DNA of 61,183 nt, taken from positions 1 to 61,183 of the IMG/VR virus record IMGVR_UViG_3300023179_000113; one strand, 5' to 3'. This DNA is from a virus (Duplodnaviria; Caudoviricetes). The notes beneath the pieces were generated by a model. It did not search any database. It saw only the letters and a program-made list of their open reading frames with translations, and had not been told where the DNA came from. The stretch's first letter is position 1. Each line of letters starts with the position of its first letter. The position numbers and the translations under genes are program-made. Of the stretch, positions 18,175 to 28,749 are shown one piece after another.

Positions 18175-18203
18175 AAAAAAAAGGGACCCATATAGGTCCC
18201 TTT
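18175..18203 (-). terminator. Intrinsic terminator after gp23
   Basis: AAAGGGACC-TATATG-GGTCCC followed by T8; a CTAAATA late-promoter-like site (18166-18172) follows. Confidence 0.9.
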
Positions 18204-18222
18204 GAAAATTTGTGAGAAAGAC

Positions 18223-19653
18223 TCACATTAAATTCTTAACTGCAACTCTACGATAATAACGGTTGGCATTAACTAGAAGTCTTCCTAGACCCTGATCAGT
18301 TCCTTCTGCGAATGGGTTAGCAACGAGACCATAACGGGTCTTGAAACCAATTTTTGGTTGGAAGGAATTCTCACCAACGGCACGAACCATTTGGAGAGGT
18401 ACATAAGGGCAATAGAAGAGTCCGGCATCATAAGGAGAAGAACCCTTATAACCAACCACATAATACTGGTTACCTGGAGTTGCGTTAGCAGAAGTCAGGT
18501 TAGCAGAATATGGGTCAATATATACACGGAATTTGCCCATCAAAGTACCAGCAAAAGTATTGCCAGTGTCATCAACGTTTAGGTTAGAATTCAGAGCAGG
18601 AGTATAATCGAGCACACCTGCCATTGTGAGTGCTGAAGCAACGTCAGCAGAACACATTACGATGTTGCCCTTTCCACGACGAGTTCTTTGTGCGATTGCG
18701 TTAGCATCACGCTCGATTTGGAATAGTAGACCCTTGAACTTCTCAACTGACCAACGACCGTTGGAATCAACGTCAAGGTCAAAGATACCAGCAGTTGCTG
18801 TATTTTGAACAGCGCCTTGCTCAGCAACCTTGTAGATGGTTCTGATAACTTCGCGGTTGATTTCGGCAAGAATCTCTGTTGAAAGAATGTTTGCCAATTC
18901 CGCTTCGGCATTCAGACCGTGGATTGCCTTGAGGTCTTGTGCGAGTTCTAATGAATACTCAGCCTTGAGTGCTCTGGATTTCGCAGTCACAGTTACTTTC
19001 TCGATCGAGAAAGCCATTTGATTGAAGGCATCGTTGCCTGTACCGTCAAGGTTTTCTGCATCACCAGTAACCATTCCCTGACCTACGTTATAGGCAGTAG
19101 AAGTTGCAGTACCAACGGGGTTGAGAACTGAAGGGTTAGTTCCACTTTGAGCAGTGGTACCAATACCAGCAGCAGTATCACTGAATCCTGCAGATTCGTC
19201 ACGACCAGCATCCTGACCAGAGAATGCGGAATCTACTTCATTGAAGAATGTTTCGGTTCCAGACTGGTTGGTATAGCGTGAACGCATTGCGAAAATGAGT
19301 CCAGTAGGACCACTCATTGGTTGTACACCAGCAAGGTCATATGCGACCAGGTTGGGCATTGAACGACGGATGAGTGAAATCAATACGGGATCAAAACCAG
19401 CAGTAGGTCCGCCAGCAGCAGCACTACCACCAAAAGCACCAGAAGCACCAGCAGCATTGCCACTGTTGGTTGGTGACTCCATCAACATTGATAATGAACC
19501 ATTATCAAATGAGGATTGCTCTCTTAAAAATCTTTCTTGGTTTTCTAGCAGAACTGCGGTTACTGCTCTACGATGAGAATCTTTGATTGAATCAAGACCT
19601 TCATAGTCGAGAAGTGGTGCCCACTTGTTCTGCAATTGTTCGGATTGGAACAT
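18223..19653 (-). CDS. gp23: Major capsid protein precursor
   Basis: LIRRSMPNL, GVQPMSGPTGLIFAMR, KSRALKAEYSLELAQDLKAIHGL, YCPYVPL. Confidence 0.99.
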   Translation of the reverse strand: MFQSEQLQNKWAPLLDYEGLDSIKDSHRRAVTAVLLENQERFLREQSSFDNGSLSMLMESPTNSGNAAGASGAFGGSAAAGGPTAGFDPVLISLIRRSMPNLVAYDLAGVQPMSGPTGLIFAMRSRYTNQSGTETFFNEVDSAFSGQDAGRDESAGFSDTAAGIGTTAQSGTNPSVLNPVGTATSTAYNVGQGMVTGDAENLDGTGNDAFNQMAFSIEKVTVTAKSRALKAEYSLELAQDLKAIHGLNAEAELANILSTEILAEINREVIRTIYKVAEQGAVQNTATAGIFDLDVDSNGRWSVEKFKGLLFQIERDANAIAQRTRRGKGNIVMCSADVASALTMAGVLDYTPALNSNLNVDDTGNTFAGTLMGKFRVYIDPYSANLTSANATPGNQYYVVGYKGSSPYDAGLFYCPYVPLQMVRAVGENSFQPKIGFKTRYGLVANPFAEGTDQGLGRLLVNANRYYRRVAVKNLM

Positions 19654-19706
19654 TTGCTTTTACCTTTTGTAAGTGAATGTTTGTGTTTGAATTATGTTAA
19701 ATTCAA

Positions 19707-20867
19707 TTATTTGCTAAATTTTGAAAGTGTGTTTAGATATGCAGACATAGAACCTGAGACAGATTCTGGTGCTGAATCTAACCCCTCAGAAAGGGTTTCG
19801 GTTTTAGCATATGGAGAAATCATTTTTGTTGGAAAATAAGATTCCTTTAGTGTCTCCAGTTTTTCACGATATTCTGCTTCACTTTCAAACTCTACACTTT
19901 CGGCAAGTGAGGCGAGCTTCTCTTTCTGAGTGTACGCAAGACCCTCAGAAATTTGATCTAAGATTCCATCAGCAACCGACTCTGCGAGACGACTGTTGAG
20001 TAAAACGTTTTTCTCAATCTGCTCGTTGAGTTTCGTCTCCATATCATCAAGTTTGTTTACCATGCTCTCTAGAACATCATATTTATCGTCAGGGATTGAT
20101 ACATAATGTTCTTCAAAAAGTCCTTTCAGACCAGTCAAGAAGGACTCGGTGAGTTCTTCTTTCAGACCCTTTTCAATTGAGAGTGTGTTTTCAGCAAACC
20201 ACTCATCAGCAACATATTCAAGATAAGAATCTACACGATCGTTTAGTGCTTCTTTAATTTCTTCAATTTCTTCTACAAGTGCCTCAGCATATCTGATCTC
20301 AAGAGATTCTTTGATTTCACTAATTTTTGATCTGAGTGCAGATTCAAAAACAAGTTTTGCCTTTTCTCTAAACTCTTCGGAGAGTTCTTCTCCACCAAGC
20401 AGAGCATTTACATCTTCTTCAAGATCAAACTCTTCTTCTAGGTCCTCATCATCTTCCTCTTCTTCATCTTCTTCCTTTTTACTTTTCTTACCATTTTTCT
20501 TGGTATCTTCCTCTTCTTCATCCTCTTCATCTTCTTCTTCTTTGGCTTCTAGAAGTTCTTCATCTTCTTCATCATAATCAGCATCTTCTTTTGCCATACT
20601 CTTCATAGGATCTGCACTTTTGGCACCCTTGTTAACAACATCTCTAACTTGCTTGAGTGTTTCACCAGGGGTCTTAAGTTTTGCAGAATCATCATCAGAA
20701 CGATAATTTTCGGGTGTAGGACCACCTAAATCTTCCCAACTACCAGTTTGACCGGGTGTTGAACCACTCAAGTGACTCATTGAGTCTGGTGCCGATGCAT
20801 TAGCATTCACAGCAGTTTTGGATTGCTTTGTGCCTACTTCCATTTCTTGTAAATCTCCACGAGACAT
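19707..20867 (-). CDS. gp22: Prohead core scaffold protein
   Basis: LSEEFREKAKLVFESA, VDSYLEYVADEW; acidic tract; between gp21 and gp23. Confidence 0.95.
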   Translation of the reverse strand: MSRGDLQEMEVGTKQSKTAVNANASAPDSMSHLSGSTPGQTGSWEDLGGPTPENYRSDDDSAKLKTPGETLKQVRDVVNKGAKSADPMKSMAKEDADYDEEDEELLEAKEEEDEEDEEEEDTKKNGKKSKKEEDEEEEDDEDLEEEFDLEEDVNALLGGEELSEEFREKAKLVFESALRSKISEIKESLEIRYAEALVEEIEEIKEALNDRVDSYLEYVADEWFAENTLSIEKGLKEELTESFLTGLKGLFEEHYVSIPDDKYDVLESMVNKLDDMETKLNEQIEKNVLLNSRLAESVADGILDQISEGLAYTQKEKLASLAESVEFESEAEYREKLETLKESYFPTKMISPYAKTETLSEGLDSAPESVSGSMSAYLNTLSKFSK

Positions 20868-20904
20868 TTGAACTCTCCGATTTTCTTTTTATGAAATCTA
20901 TATT

Positions 20905-20912
20905 TATTTATA
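20905..20912 (-). promoter_or_regulatory. T4 late promoter TATAAATA (gp22-gp23)
   Basis: Exact consensus in the intergenic region. Confidence 0.85.
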
Positions 20913-20922
20913 ATTTAATAAT

Positions 20923-21573
20923 TTACAACGAATTTAGAAAATCGTTGAAAATCTTCAATCTATTTTCTTCTAGTTGTTTTTGTGAAACTAATGTATTTAT
21001 TCTTTTATAAGTTTTCTTTGCAAATTGCTCACGAAGCACTCCACCGTCCCATACCCATTCTTTACCTTCCATAATCCCCTGAACAAAAGCATCAGGTGCA
21101 GATGGATCTGCTACGATATCAGCGGCAGTTGCGAGCATAAAATCTTCACCAACTTCACTATAACCATTTTGAGTTGGTCTTAGTGAACCAATACCACGAG
21201 AAGAAACACCGAGCATCACACCTTCTTTGAGAAGTGCTTCGGCAATCTTACCCATAGGAGTGGAAAGAATTTGTGCTTTACCAATAAAATTATTACCCTC
21301 ACGATAAAGTTCTGTAATTTTATGAGAAACTCTATCCAGATTGACTGTTGGACCATCTGGATGTCCGAGTTCACCAAGAGCACGACCTTTATTTACATAT
21401 TGTTCTGTATATCTTTTGACCTCACGTTCCATCACTGGCATACGATAAATTCTTTTATTCCGATTTGGTTGTTCGGTCTGAAGAAATGGTCCTTTGATAT
21501 AGAGAGTTTTTTTACCGTTTCTTTCTTCGGTAATTACTTCTACTGATTCAATCTCTTCGGTAATAAGTTTCAT
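20923..21573 (-). CDS. gp21: Prohead protease
   Basis: NRNKRIY, ALGELGHP, GVSSRGIGS, DIVADPSAPDA. Confidence 0.98.
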   Translation of the reverse strand: MKLITEEIESVEVITEERNGKKTLYIKGPFLQTEQPNRNKRIYRMPVMEREVKRYTEQYVNKGRALGELGHPDGPTVNLDRVSHKITELYREGNNFIGKAQILSTPMGKIAEALLKEGVMLGVSSRGIGSLRPTQNGYSEVGEDFMLATAADIVADPSAPDAFVQGIMEGKEWVWDGGVLREQFAKKTYKRINTLVSQKQLEENRLKIFNDFLNSL

Positions 21574-22118
21574 CAGGCATCTCCGGAAATTTGTACTTGT
21601 TGATAATAAAGAGTTCCTGCACCAACTCCATACGCAGAAACTTTATTTGATGTAGTCACGGACGCATCTGCAGATGAGAATGCTGTTACAATACCACTTG
21701 AGTTATAATTAACGGTCATTCTTGACTGAAAATACCCAGCAACTCCAGCAGAAGTATCAACCGAAAGAACTTGTTGATGTGTAAAGTTGTGGTATGTTGA
21801 ACCACTCAAAGTTATATAATCTCCAACACCAAAAGGAACTTGAGTTCCTTCAGGCACAGTCACGATTGTTGTAGTTCCTGTTGTGACTCCAACAACACGA
21901 TTAGATGCCTTTGTAAGTGCAAGTGTTGCAGTTCCACCAGAGGGAACATAGTAATCAGCATTAGTAGCAGAGGGAGTTGCTCCAACGGCAACAAATGCAG
22001 CACCACCTACAGCAACGATTCTTACAACACTTGATTGAACCGAAAATGCTGAAGATGTTGATGCAGTTCCTGCTGTGAAGTTGAATGAGGATCCAGCCCC
22101 AACTGGTCTATGAGCCAT
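21573..22118 (-). CDS. Hypothetical, probably virion structural protein (Ser/Thr/Gly/Val-rich)
   Basis: 181 aa, coupled to gp21, own late promoter. Confidence 0.75.
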   Translation of the reverse strand: MAHRPVGAGSSFNFTAGTASTSSAFSVQSSVVRIVAVGGAAFVAVGATPSATNADYYVPSGGTATLALTKASNRVVGVTTGTTTIVTVPEGTQVPFGVGDYITLSGSTYHNFTHQQVLSVDTSAGVAGYFQSRMTVNYNSSGIVTAFSSADASVTTSNKVSAYGVGAGTLYYQQVQISGDA

Positions 22119-22142
22119 TATTTTATGAGATACACTTTTAGT

Positions 22143-22150
22143 TATTTATA
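22143..22150 (-). promoter_or_regulatory. T4 late promoter TATAAATA
   Basis: Exact consensus upstream of the ATG at 22118. Confidence 0.85.
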
Positions 22151-22249
22151 AATTAACAATTATAACGTCTTTTATACTGACACTACATTCACAATAACTG
22201 ATGGTATTGCTGAAACCACACCTATTACAATATAAGCAATCATTAATAT

Positions 22250-23077
22250 TTACGCTAACTCCTTACAGGTAAAGGCAAACCACACATCTAACTTAGTGCT
22301 ATTATCAACTCTTTTCATACAAAGTGTAAGCATATTTGGATTTGCTCCACCATACATAGTTGACGGTCCTTCATCATTTGAAGTATTTTTTCCAATAATA
22401 ACTCCACTATGTCTCATAACAGAAGTATTTTGTGTGAAGGTATTTCCCGCATTACTACTATACTTATCTTGATATACTCTATATTGTAATTTTGTTCCTA
22501 GTGAACTCCAAGCCGGAATTGCTGCTCCAGCAATATTAATATCACCCTCATACCACTCATAGATAATGGTGCTTTGATTGGCATTATTATTTCCAATTTC
22601 ATATTCTATAATTTCTGCCAAGTCTGATGTAGTGGTTCCAGAACTATTCACTCTAATACTCATCACAGGTCTCATAGTATCATCCATAGTCCAACCACGA
22701 TTTGTATTTGTTGCGTGATTGTTAAATGAATATAAACTACCTTCAGATTGTTTGATAACTATAATATTATTGAAAGTTGATATACCTACTGGAAGATATG
22801 AAAGATTTAGATTTACTGTTCCAATGCCAATTGGAAGATAAGGAACACCAAGATTTTCTAAAATACCACTCGAACCAACTTCTGTAATGTGATTGTGAAT
22901 TGGATTTTGAGGAGAACTTGTAACACTTACAGTTGTTCCTACATTTACATCACCAGTAATTGTAATATTAGAAGAACCTAATGAAACTGGAAATGGATTA
23001 GAAAAACTTACTAATGTATTCCCCGCCCCCGTAAGGATTACAGATTGTGATGGTTGTGGAAGAGGATTATAAGACAT
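22250..23077 (-). CDS. Hypothetical, probably virion-associated beta-rich protein
   Basis: Start MSYNPLPQP overlapping the upstream TAA; SFSNPFPV motif; in the head cluster. Confidence 0.7.
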   Translation of the reverse strand: MSYNPLPQPSQSVILTGAGNTLVSFSNPFPVSLGSSNITITGDVNVGTTVSVTSSPQNPIHNHITEVGSSGILENLGVPYLPIGIGTVNLNLSYLPVGISTFNNIIVIKQSEGSLYSFNNHATNTNRGWTMDDTMRPVMSIRVNSSGTTTSDLAEIIEYEIGNNNANQSTIIYEWYEGDINIAGAAIPAWSSLGTKLQYRVYQDKYSSNAGNTFTQNTSVMRHSGVIIGKNTSNDEGPSTMYGGANPNMLTLCMKRVDNSTKLDVWFAFTCKELA

Positions 23078-23976
23078 TATACTAAGAACCAATTTTGACT
23101 ATTATAAAAATAAGTTAGGGATTGGTGATTGATATTCATAATCACTGAAGTATCATTTTCAACACTTTTACCAATACCTGCCTGAACTGTAATACTATAT
23201 GTAGATATATTATTTCCCTCATCTTTGACGATGATTTTTTTTCCTATACTTGGAGATGTTGGAAGAACTATTGTTACAGGAACACTTGCATTTACTCCAA
23301 TATAATCATCAGTATCTGTTGCCTGATAGTATGTAGTAACTCCTGTGATGGATACAATACTTGTAATACCAACACCATCAGCAGGGTCTCCTACCCACTT
23401 ATTCAGAGACGCATTATATTTGAGAAAATAATTATCGGTCTTTGCAGTATTTCTATCAACATCATCAAGAAACTCTAAACGAGTTTCACCACCTCCACCT
23501 AATGTAGAAAGTTGCTGTTGAATACGATTGAGAAAAAGTTTATAATGATTTTGTAAGTCATCAAGTGTTGCAAAGTTTTGATTAAGAGGAGTAAGATGGT
23601 CTGATGTTTTTTCTTGGGGTAGAATATTTAAGAGACCTTCTGTAAGAACTTCTTCTTTAACTGATTTCTTTTCTGCTTTTGATAAACGATCATAATAATC
23701 TGGCAACTCATCAATATGTTGAGATGCTATGGTAGTTGCTAATTCTATATTTTTTGTATGTTCTTTCTCTACTTTTGTTCCTTTTTTGAGTTGATTTTTA
23801 ATTTGAGATAAAGGAACTTTATGCTTCTTTGCTAATTGCTCTGGAGTTTTATGTGGTTTAAGTTGTTCATTAAAAATTTCATCAAAGAAATTATCTCCAA
23901 CAAGAGATTTAAATTCTTCTTCTTTTTGTATCTTTGCTTCTACAACTACGTTAAAAAAGTCTGATAGACTTGCCAT
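23077..23976 (-). CDS. Mosaic hypothetical protein: DUF5661-like segment, coiled coil/GGGG hinge, fibre-like C-terminus
   Basis: KGTKVEKEHT...HIDELPDYYDRL; QQQLSTLGGGGETRLEFLDDVD; DYIGVN..VTIVLP..GKKIIVKDE. Confidence 0.7.
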   Translation of the reverse strand: MASLSDFFNVVVEAKIQKEEEFKSLVGDNFFDEIFNEQLKPHKTPEQLAKKHKVPLSQIKNQLKKGTKVEKEHTKNIELATTIASQHIDELPDYYDRLSKAEKKSVKEEVLTEGLLNILPQEKTSDHLTPLNQNFATLDDLQNHYKLFLNRIQQQLSTLGGGGETRLEFLDDVDRNTAKTDNYFLKYNASLNKWVGDPADGVGITSIVSITGVTTYYQATDTDDYIGVNASVPVTIVLPTSPSIGKKIIVKDEGNNISTYSITVQAGIGKSVENDTSVIMNINHQSLTYFYNSQNWFLV

Positions 23977-23979
23977 TTA

Positions 23980-24174
23980 TCACTCTTCATCGTACTCTTC
24001 ATCTTCACTCTCGTCATCACCAAACATTGCGGATGATACAACGGGACGAAAAGCATCAATTCTTTCTGCTGACTTGGAAAATAGCATATCTTTGATCTTA
24101 TCACTGATTTGTGATGGTGACTCATCAGCAACAATCATATCCATTAAATCATCCATTTTATTACCATTAGACAT
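23980..24174 (-). CDS. Small acidic prohead core protein (gp67-like by position)
   Basis: 64 aa with acidic tail directly after gp20; late promoter upstream. Confidence 0.65.
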   Translation of the reverse strand: MSNGNKMDDLMDMIVADESPSQISDKIKDMLFSKSAERIDAFRPVVSSAMFGDDESEDEEYDEE

Positions 24175-24183
24175 AACTGCTTC

Positions 24184-24191
24184 TATTTATA
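24184..24191 (-). promoter_or_regulatory. T4 late promoter TATAAATA overlapping the gp20 stop
   Basis: Exact consensus. Confidence 0.8.
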
Positions 24192-25875
24192 TCTCTCCAC
24201 CCTTCGGCATTTCCATTGCTTTTTGCCTTGGTGAAACGATTTGTTCGTCACCTTTTAAATCTGGCTCCATCACCGGTTGACCCAAATCCATTTGAGATGT
24301 TGAATCCATTGGCATTCCTGTTGCTGGATCTATAGGTTGATTTGGATCGGGAATAATACCATTTTCAATTTCTTTTTTAATTAAATTGTCCTGTTCAATA
24401 ATCTCAATATCAGTTTGACGAAGAATATTTCTTCTTACGTAATCCTGTGAGAAATACTTACCAACATATGGTTCTGCTGTTGCGACCATCGCAAGTCTTT
24501 CATTTAACAATTCCGCATTCTTTAATTCGGCAAAATGATTATCATATAGGAAATCATACTGAATATGTTCATTCATTATTTCCCAATCTTCTGGAGTAAT
24601 AATGTTCTTTAAAATCAATTGAGTCTTAAGCATATCACTAAACATTACAGAAAATCTTTTTCTTAAACGAGCAACAAATTTACTAAATTTAACTTCATCT
24701 CTTAAGATTTCTGATGAACGACCAAGATTAAATCCACCTTCTCCATCCATTCTTGATGTGGGAACATTAAGAGAACGGAAAAGTTTTTTCTTAAAATACT
24801 CAATATCTGTGATTTCACCAAGATTCTGTCCACCAGGAAGTGTAGTGATTTCAGTTCCTCTACCACCTTCACGACGAGGTAACCAGAAATCTTCAAGCAT
24901 TGCCATAAACTTCTTATCATCACGAATTTCTCCAGTTGCAGAATCATACACTTGCTTATTACGATATCGATTCATTACATCACGAAGATATTGCTCTGCC
25001 TTTACCTTTGGAAGATTACCAACATCAATATAAAATATTCTTCTTTCAGGAGCACGAGAGAGACGATATATTACGAGACTATCCTCAATCATTCTCAATT
25101 GATTAAGAGACTTGATTGCCTTATGAAGATATGAGAGAGTTGACCCTTTATTGCGATCTACTAAACCAGAAGTACAGTAAGTAATGGAATCTTTTGACAT
25201 CTTGATTCCACTAGAAGAACCTCCAAGTGCTCCTGGTGCTGGAGTACCTGTTGGATATGTCATTTTTGGATTATATATGAAATATTCCTCAATTTCAGGA
25301 AACTCATAGTCCATTGGATTATCAACATTTCTGTTTGATAATTTATACTTATCATTATCTGTCTTTTTTGCCTGACGAACATATCTCATCTTAAGTGAAT
25401 CAATATATCTCATCTCCTGAATTCCCAATTCAGGTCTCTTTAAATCAATTACTTTGTGATAATATAATCTCCCATCAATATACCAATTTCTATAAATTTC
25501 GTGAGATTTTTTATCAAAATCTAAAAGTTCTAAAATGTATTTAAATTCTTTTCGTATTTTGTTTTTAATTCCATCACTTGCGCTTAAATTTGAAAGTTCA
25601 ATTGTAATAGGACTATCATCTGTGTCTGATACAATTGCTTCATTTACAACATCTTCAATTGCACTATCACATTCCGGGTGTAGTGCCATCTCACGATATC
25701 TTTTGATTAAATCATATTCTGTGCGATATACTCCCTCAATATCTACATAAGAACCAAAAAAACCACTAGTCAAATAATGATCAACCCCGTCCTCATTGTT
25801 AGGAGGAACGGGGGAAACTACAGTGGGAGATACTGGTTCACTATTTTCAATTGAGAATCCAAATAACCTTGCCAT
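24187..25875 (-). CDS. gp20: Portal vertex protein
   Basis: YREMALHPECDSAI, WYIDGR, YRLSRAPERRIFYIDVGNLP, EDFWLPRREGGRGTEI. Confidence 0.99.
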   Translation of the reverse strand: MARLFGFSIENSEPVSPTVVSPVPPNNEDGVDHYLTSGFFGSYVDIEGVYRTEYDLIKRYREMALHPECDSAIEDVVNEAIVSDTDDSPITIELSNLSASDGIKNKIRKEFKYILELLDFDKKSHEIYRNWYIDGRLYYHKVIDLKRPELGIQEMRYIDSLKMRYVRQAKKTDNDKYKLSNRNVDNPMDYEFPEIEEYFIYNPKMTYPTGTPAPGALGGSSSGIKMSKDSITYCTSGLVDRNKGSTLSYLHKAIKSLNQLRMIEDSLVIYRLSRAPERRIFYIDVGNLPKVKAEQYLRDVMNRYRNKQVYDSATGEIRDDKKFMAMLEDFWLPRREGGRGTEITTLPGGQNLGEITDIEYFKKKLFRSLNVPTSRMDGEGGFNLGRSSEILRDEVKFSKFVARLRKRFSVMFSDMLKTQLILKNIITPEDWEIMNEHIQYDFLYDNHFAELKNAELLNERLAMVATAEPYVGKYFSQDYVRRNILRQTDIEIIEQDNLIKKEIENGIIPDPNQPIDPATGMPMDSTSQMDLGQPVMEPDLKGDEQIVSPRQKAMEMPKGGEI

Positions 25876-25912
25876 AATTTATTTAATCAGTTTATACTAT
25901 TTATTGACCCTA

Positions 25913-26482
25913 TCAATTGGTCTTTTCTGCAGGATACCAGTAATTCACTTGGAATTCAACAGTAAATTCTTCAATCGTATCTGATGTATCAAAGGAAAGA
26001 TCAATTGCAGAAATGTTAGTTGGAAAAATATCTTCAAATATATATTGTTTGGCATCGGCAACACCACTAGTGCTTGATGCTGTAATTGTTGATGCACTTC
26101 TGCTCAACTGAGTCACTGTTGCATTTGCCATATATGTGGCAGGATCGGTAGTACCACTTGCATCCTTATATTGAGCAATATGTTGCATCCAATCTTCCAT
26201 AACTTTTCTAATCGCAAAATCGTTGTCATTAATGACGGTAATTTGCCAGGTATCAAAGGTTCTATCACCAGCAACCTTAAAAATTCTTCCACGAAAAGGA
26301 ACATCAATAGATGCAACGTTTGATGCAGGTAGGTTAGCTGCCTTACATAGTACTACAAATTTTTCAGGAAGAATTCCTGCTGGTGTTGGAATGTTGCCAA
26401 TTGAAACTTCAAACAGATTAGGACGAGCACCACCACCAACGAGTGCCGTTTTAAAATCAGTGATAGTCTTTTGTGTTGCCAT
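25913..26482 (-). CDS. gp19: Tail tube protein
   Basis: GGARPNLFEV, KAANLPAS, FRGRIFKVAGDRTFDTW, IEEFTVEF. Confidence 0.96.
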   Translation of the reverse strand: MATQKTITDFKTALVGGGARPNLFEVSIGNIPTPAGILPEKFVVLCKAANLPASNVASIDVPFRGRIFKVAGDRTFDTWQITVINDNDFAIRKVMEDWMQHIAQYKDASGTTDPATYMANATVTQLSRSASTITASSTSGVADAKQYIFEDIFPTNISAIDLSFDTSDTIEEFTVEFQVNYWYPAEKTN

Positions 26483-26515
26483 TTTTGGATTCTCCTTTTA
26501 ATTTATTTATTTTAA

Positions 26516-28714
26516 TTAAACAGTTCCAGCAACTTCTTCAAAACTAACACCAGTACGAGTCGCAACAAAAGTGAGAGTTACATAATTAATTGACTTTGTT
26601 GGTTTTAGGAAGATATCAGCACGGAATTCATTGTTATCAATCACATCAGGAGTGTTGTTTGAGGTATCGCAAACAACCAGGAATCCGTAGAGACCTCTCT
26701 TTGCTTCTACATCACGAAGGTATGGTTCAACAATATTCTTAAAGTTTGCTCTGGTAAGTTCATCATTCAATTCGAAGAGTTGTGCCTGTGCAGCTCTTTG
26801 TAATGTTTGTTCAATTGTAAGGAACAAACGACGAACATTAATTCTATCAAACGCAGATGCATATGAAAGAGCAGTCTTGTCTCCAAAAAGAAGAGTTCCA
26901 ACTCCAGGTTGAGTTATGATTGAGTTAATTCTTTGTGGATAAAGTTGGTCTCTTTGTGCCTTATTTGGATTATATGCTAGTTTAACTACATTATTTAAAA
27001 TTCCTCTTTGCTGACCCGCAGGAGAGAACCAAGGATATGCAACAATATTAGTGCGAGTCATCAGACCGGCAATATCAGCATTACAAGGAATATAACGGAA
27101 CTGATTGTTGAATCTATCATAGGTATACTTATATCCACTATCAAAGATTGCATAAGATGATGATTGAAGTGAACTGAAATATTGAATCAGATTTGTTGTT
27201 TGAGTCGTAGTATTTGTGATATTAACCAAGTTTGCTCTGTGTGGACCAATACAAGCAACAGCATCTCCTCTTGAACCTGCAAGAGAAATTAAATAATTTG
27301 CCTTTGCCTGTGAATCAACTTCATTTGTAAGACCTGGACCCATAATGAAATAATCAACTTGAATCTCATCCTTATTACTAAAGAGTTGATATGAATCAAT
27401 CAAATCTCCAAGAGATGCCTGCATTCCATTAGAAGCAGAATAATCAACACCTCCCGCAAGAGTATATGATACATTTCCGATTGAAGAAAAGGTGATTCCC
27501 TGTGCATTTTGTCCCCAGAGACCTTGTGAGGTTGTATATGGAGTAAATGCTGTACTGAACCCTACTGCTCTTGGAGCAGTTCCGTAATATAAATCAGCAG
27601 CACTGGAAGGATTGCTTCCTGCATAAATTTGAGAAGAGAAGTCGGCAAGAAACTGTTTATACCAAATTTTTTGAGGAGAATTTACCGCAGAAATTGAATC
27701 AAATGCCTTGGAAAGACCTACAAATTTTTCAATAATTGTTCCCGAATTTCCTGTAATTGTTCCTTTGTCATCAACAATTGCAATATTGAGAGCATCGTTT
27801 TTACCAGCTCTATCGAGTGAATATTGGTTTGTAACTGGTTTTGGTGCAATCGACTTCCAATAAATTGTGGAATTTGTGAGACCAAGAGTTTGTTGTCCGT
27901 ACCAATCAACAACTGTAGAAGGAGTAATCGGAGAAGATGCAGATGTTCCAGTATTGATTCCAGAATTATTAACGAAACGAAGAGAACTTGAAGTTGAATA
28001 TGATGCAGTGGAAGAATTTTCTGCATAATCAATTAAAGTTTCTGTATTACCAGAAGAAACTCTAGAAACAATTCTTACATTAATCGTACTATTTCCATTC
28101 GTAGCATCAGTAGTAACACCGGTAATAATACCCTTCAAATACCCATTAAAGAGTGATGTTGTTCCTGATCCGGCAAGAGCAATATTTGTGAGTGCAGTCG
28201 TAACACCAAAACCAATAGTTGCTCCAGCATTTGATGGGTTGGTTGTGGCAATACCAATTGTCTGATCTGCTAAATTATCAATAAAACAAACTTTTAAATT
28301 ATTTGCCCAAGTACCTGGATTCTTTGCTGCATAAGTGAAATTATTTCCGTCCGAATGATTATTTGTATAATCGTCATAATTTTCAATTTTTAATGCTGAA
28401 GTAGAAGCAGCTCCAACTCCGGCATTTGCATTATTCAAAGTTGATCCATCGGTTCTTACAACCTTAAGAACACCACCATAAGAAAGGTATGAGGAAGCAC
28501 TCATCCAATATTCATACTGGGAATCTGTTGAGAGTGGTTTTCCAAATACGTTGATTAAATCTTGTTCTGTTGAAATATCAATTGGATAATCTACTGGTCC
28601 AATTGGAAAGGGTCCTGCAATTGCACCAATATTATCAAGTACATTATCAGCTCTTCCTACCGTTAAATCAACCTCTCTGACGAGTACGCCTGGAGATAAT
28701 TGAGGAGTCGCCAT
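26516..28714 (-). CDS. gp18: Tail sheath protein
   Basis: SPGVLVREVDLT, PWFSPAG, FDRINVRRLF, KPTKSINYVTLTF. Confidence 0.98.
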   Translation of the reverse strand: MATPQLSPGVLVREVDLTVGRADNVLDNIGAIAGPFPIGPVDYPIDISTEQDLINVFGKPLSTDSQYEYWMSASSYLSYGGVLKVVRTDGSTLNNANAGVGAASTSALKIENYDDYTNNHSDGNNFTYAAKNPGTWANNLKVCFIDNLADQTIGIATTNPSNAGATIGFGVTTALTNIALAGSGTTSLFNGYLKGIITGVTTDATNGNSTINVRIVSRVSSGNTETLIDYAENSSTASYSTSSSLRFVNNSGINTGTSASSPITPSTVVDWYGQQTLGLTNSTIYWKSIAPKPVTNQYSLDRAGKNDALNIAIVDDKGTITGNSGTIIEKFVGLSKAFDSISAVNSPQKIWYKQFLADFSSQIYAGSNPSSAADLYYGTAPRAVGFSTAFTPYTTSQGLWGQNAQGITFSSIGNVSYTLAGGVDYSASNGMQASLGDLIDSYQLFSNKDEIQVDYFIMGPGLTNEVDSQAKANYLISLAGSRGDAVACIGPHRANLVNITNTTTQTTNLIQYFSSLQSSSYAIFDSGYKYTYDRFNNQFRYIPCNADIAGLMTRTNIVAYPWFSPAGQQRGILNNVVKLAYNPNKAQRDQLYPQRINSIITQPGVGTLLFGDKTALSYASAFDRINVRRLFLTIEQTLQRAAQAQLFELNDELTRANFKNIVEPYLRDVEAKRGLYGFLVVCDTSNNTPDVIDNNEFRADIFLKPTKSINYVTLTFVATRTGVSFEEVAGTV

Positions 28715-28749
28715 TTTTTTCTCCGTAAATTCTCAGTTTATCTAAGAAA

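Noticed and set aside
20311-20577. Poly-Ser plus-strand ORF and (TCT/TCA)n-like repeats
   Set aside because: Reverse complement of the Glu/Asp tract of scaffold gp22; not an independent gene or array
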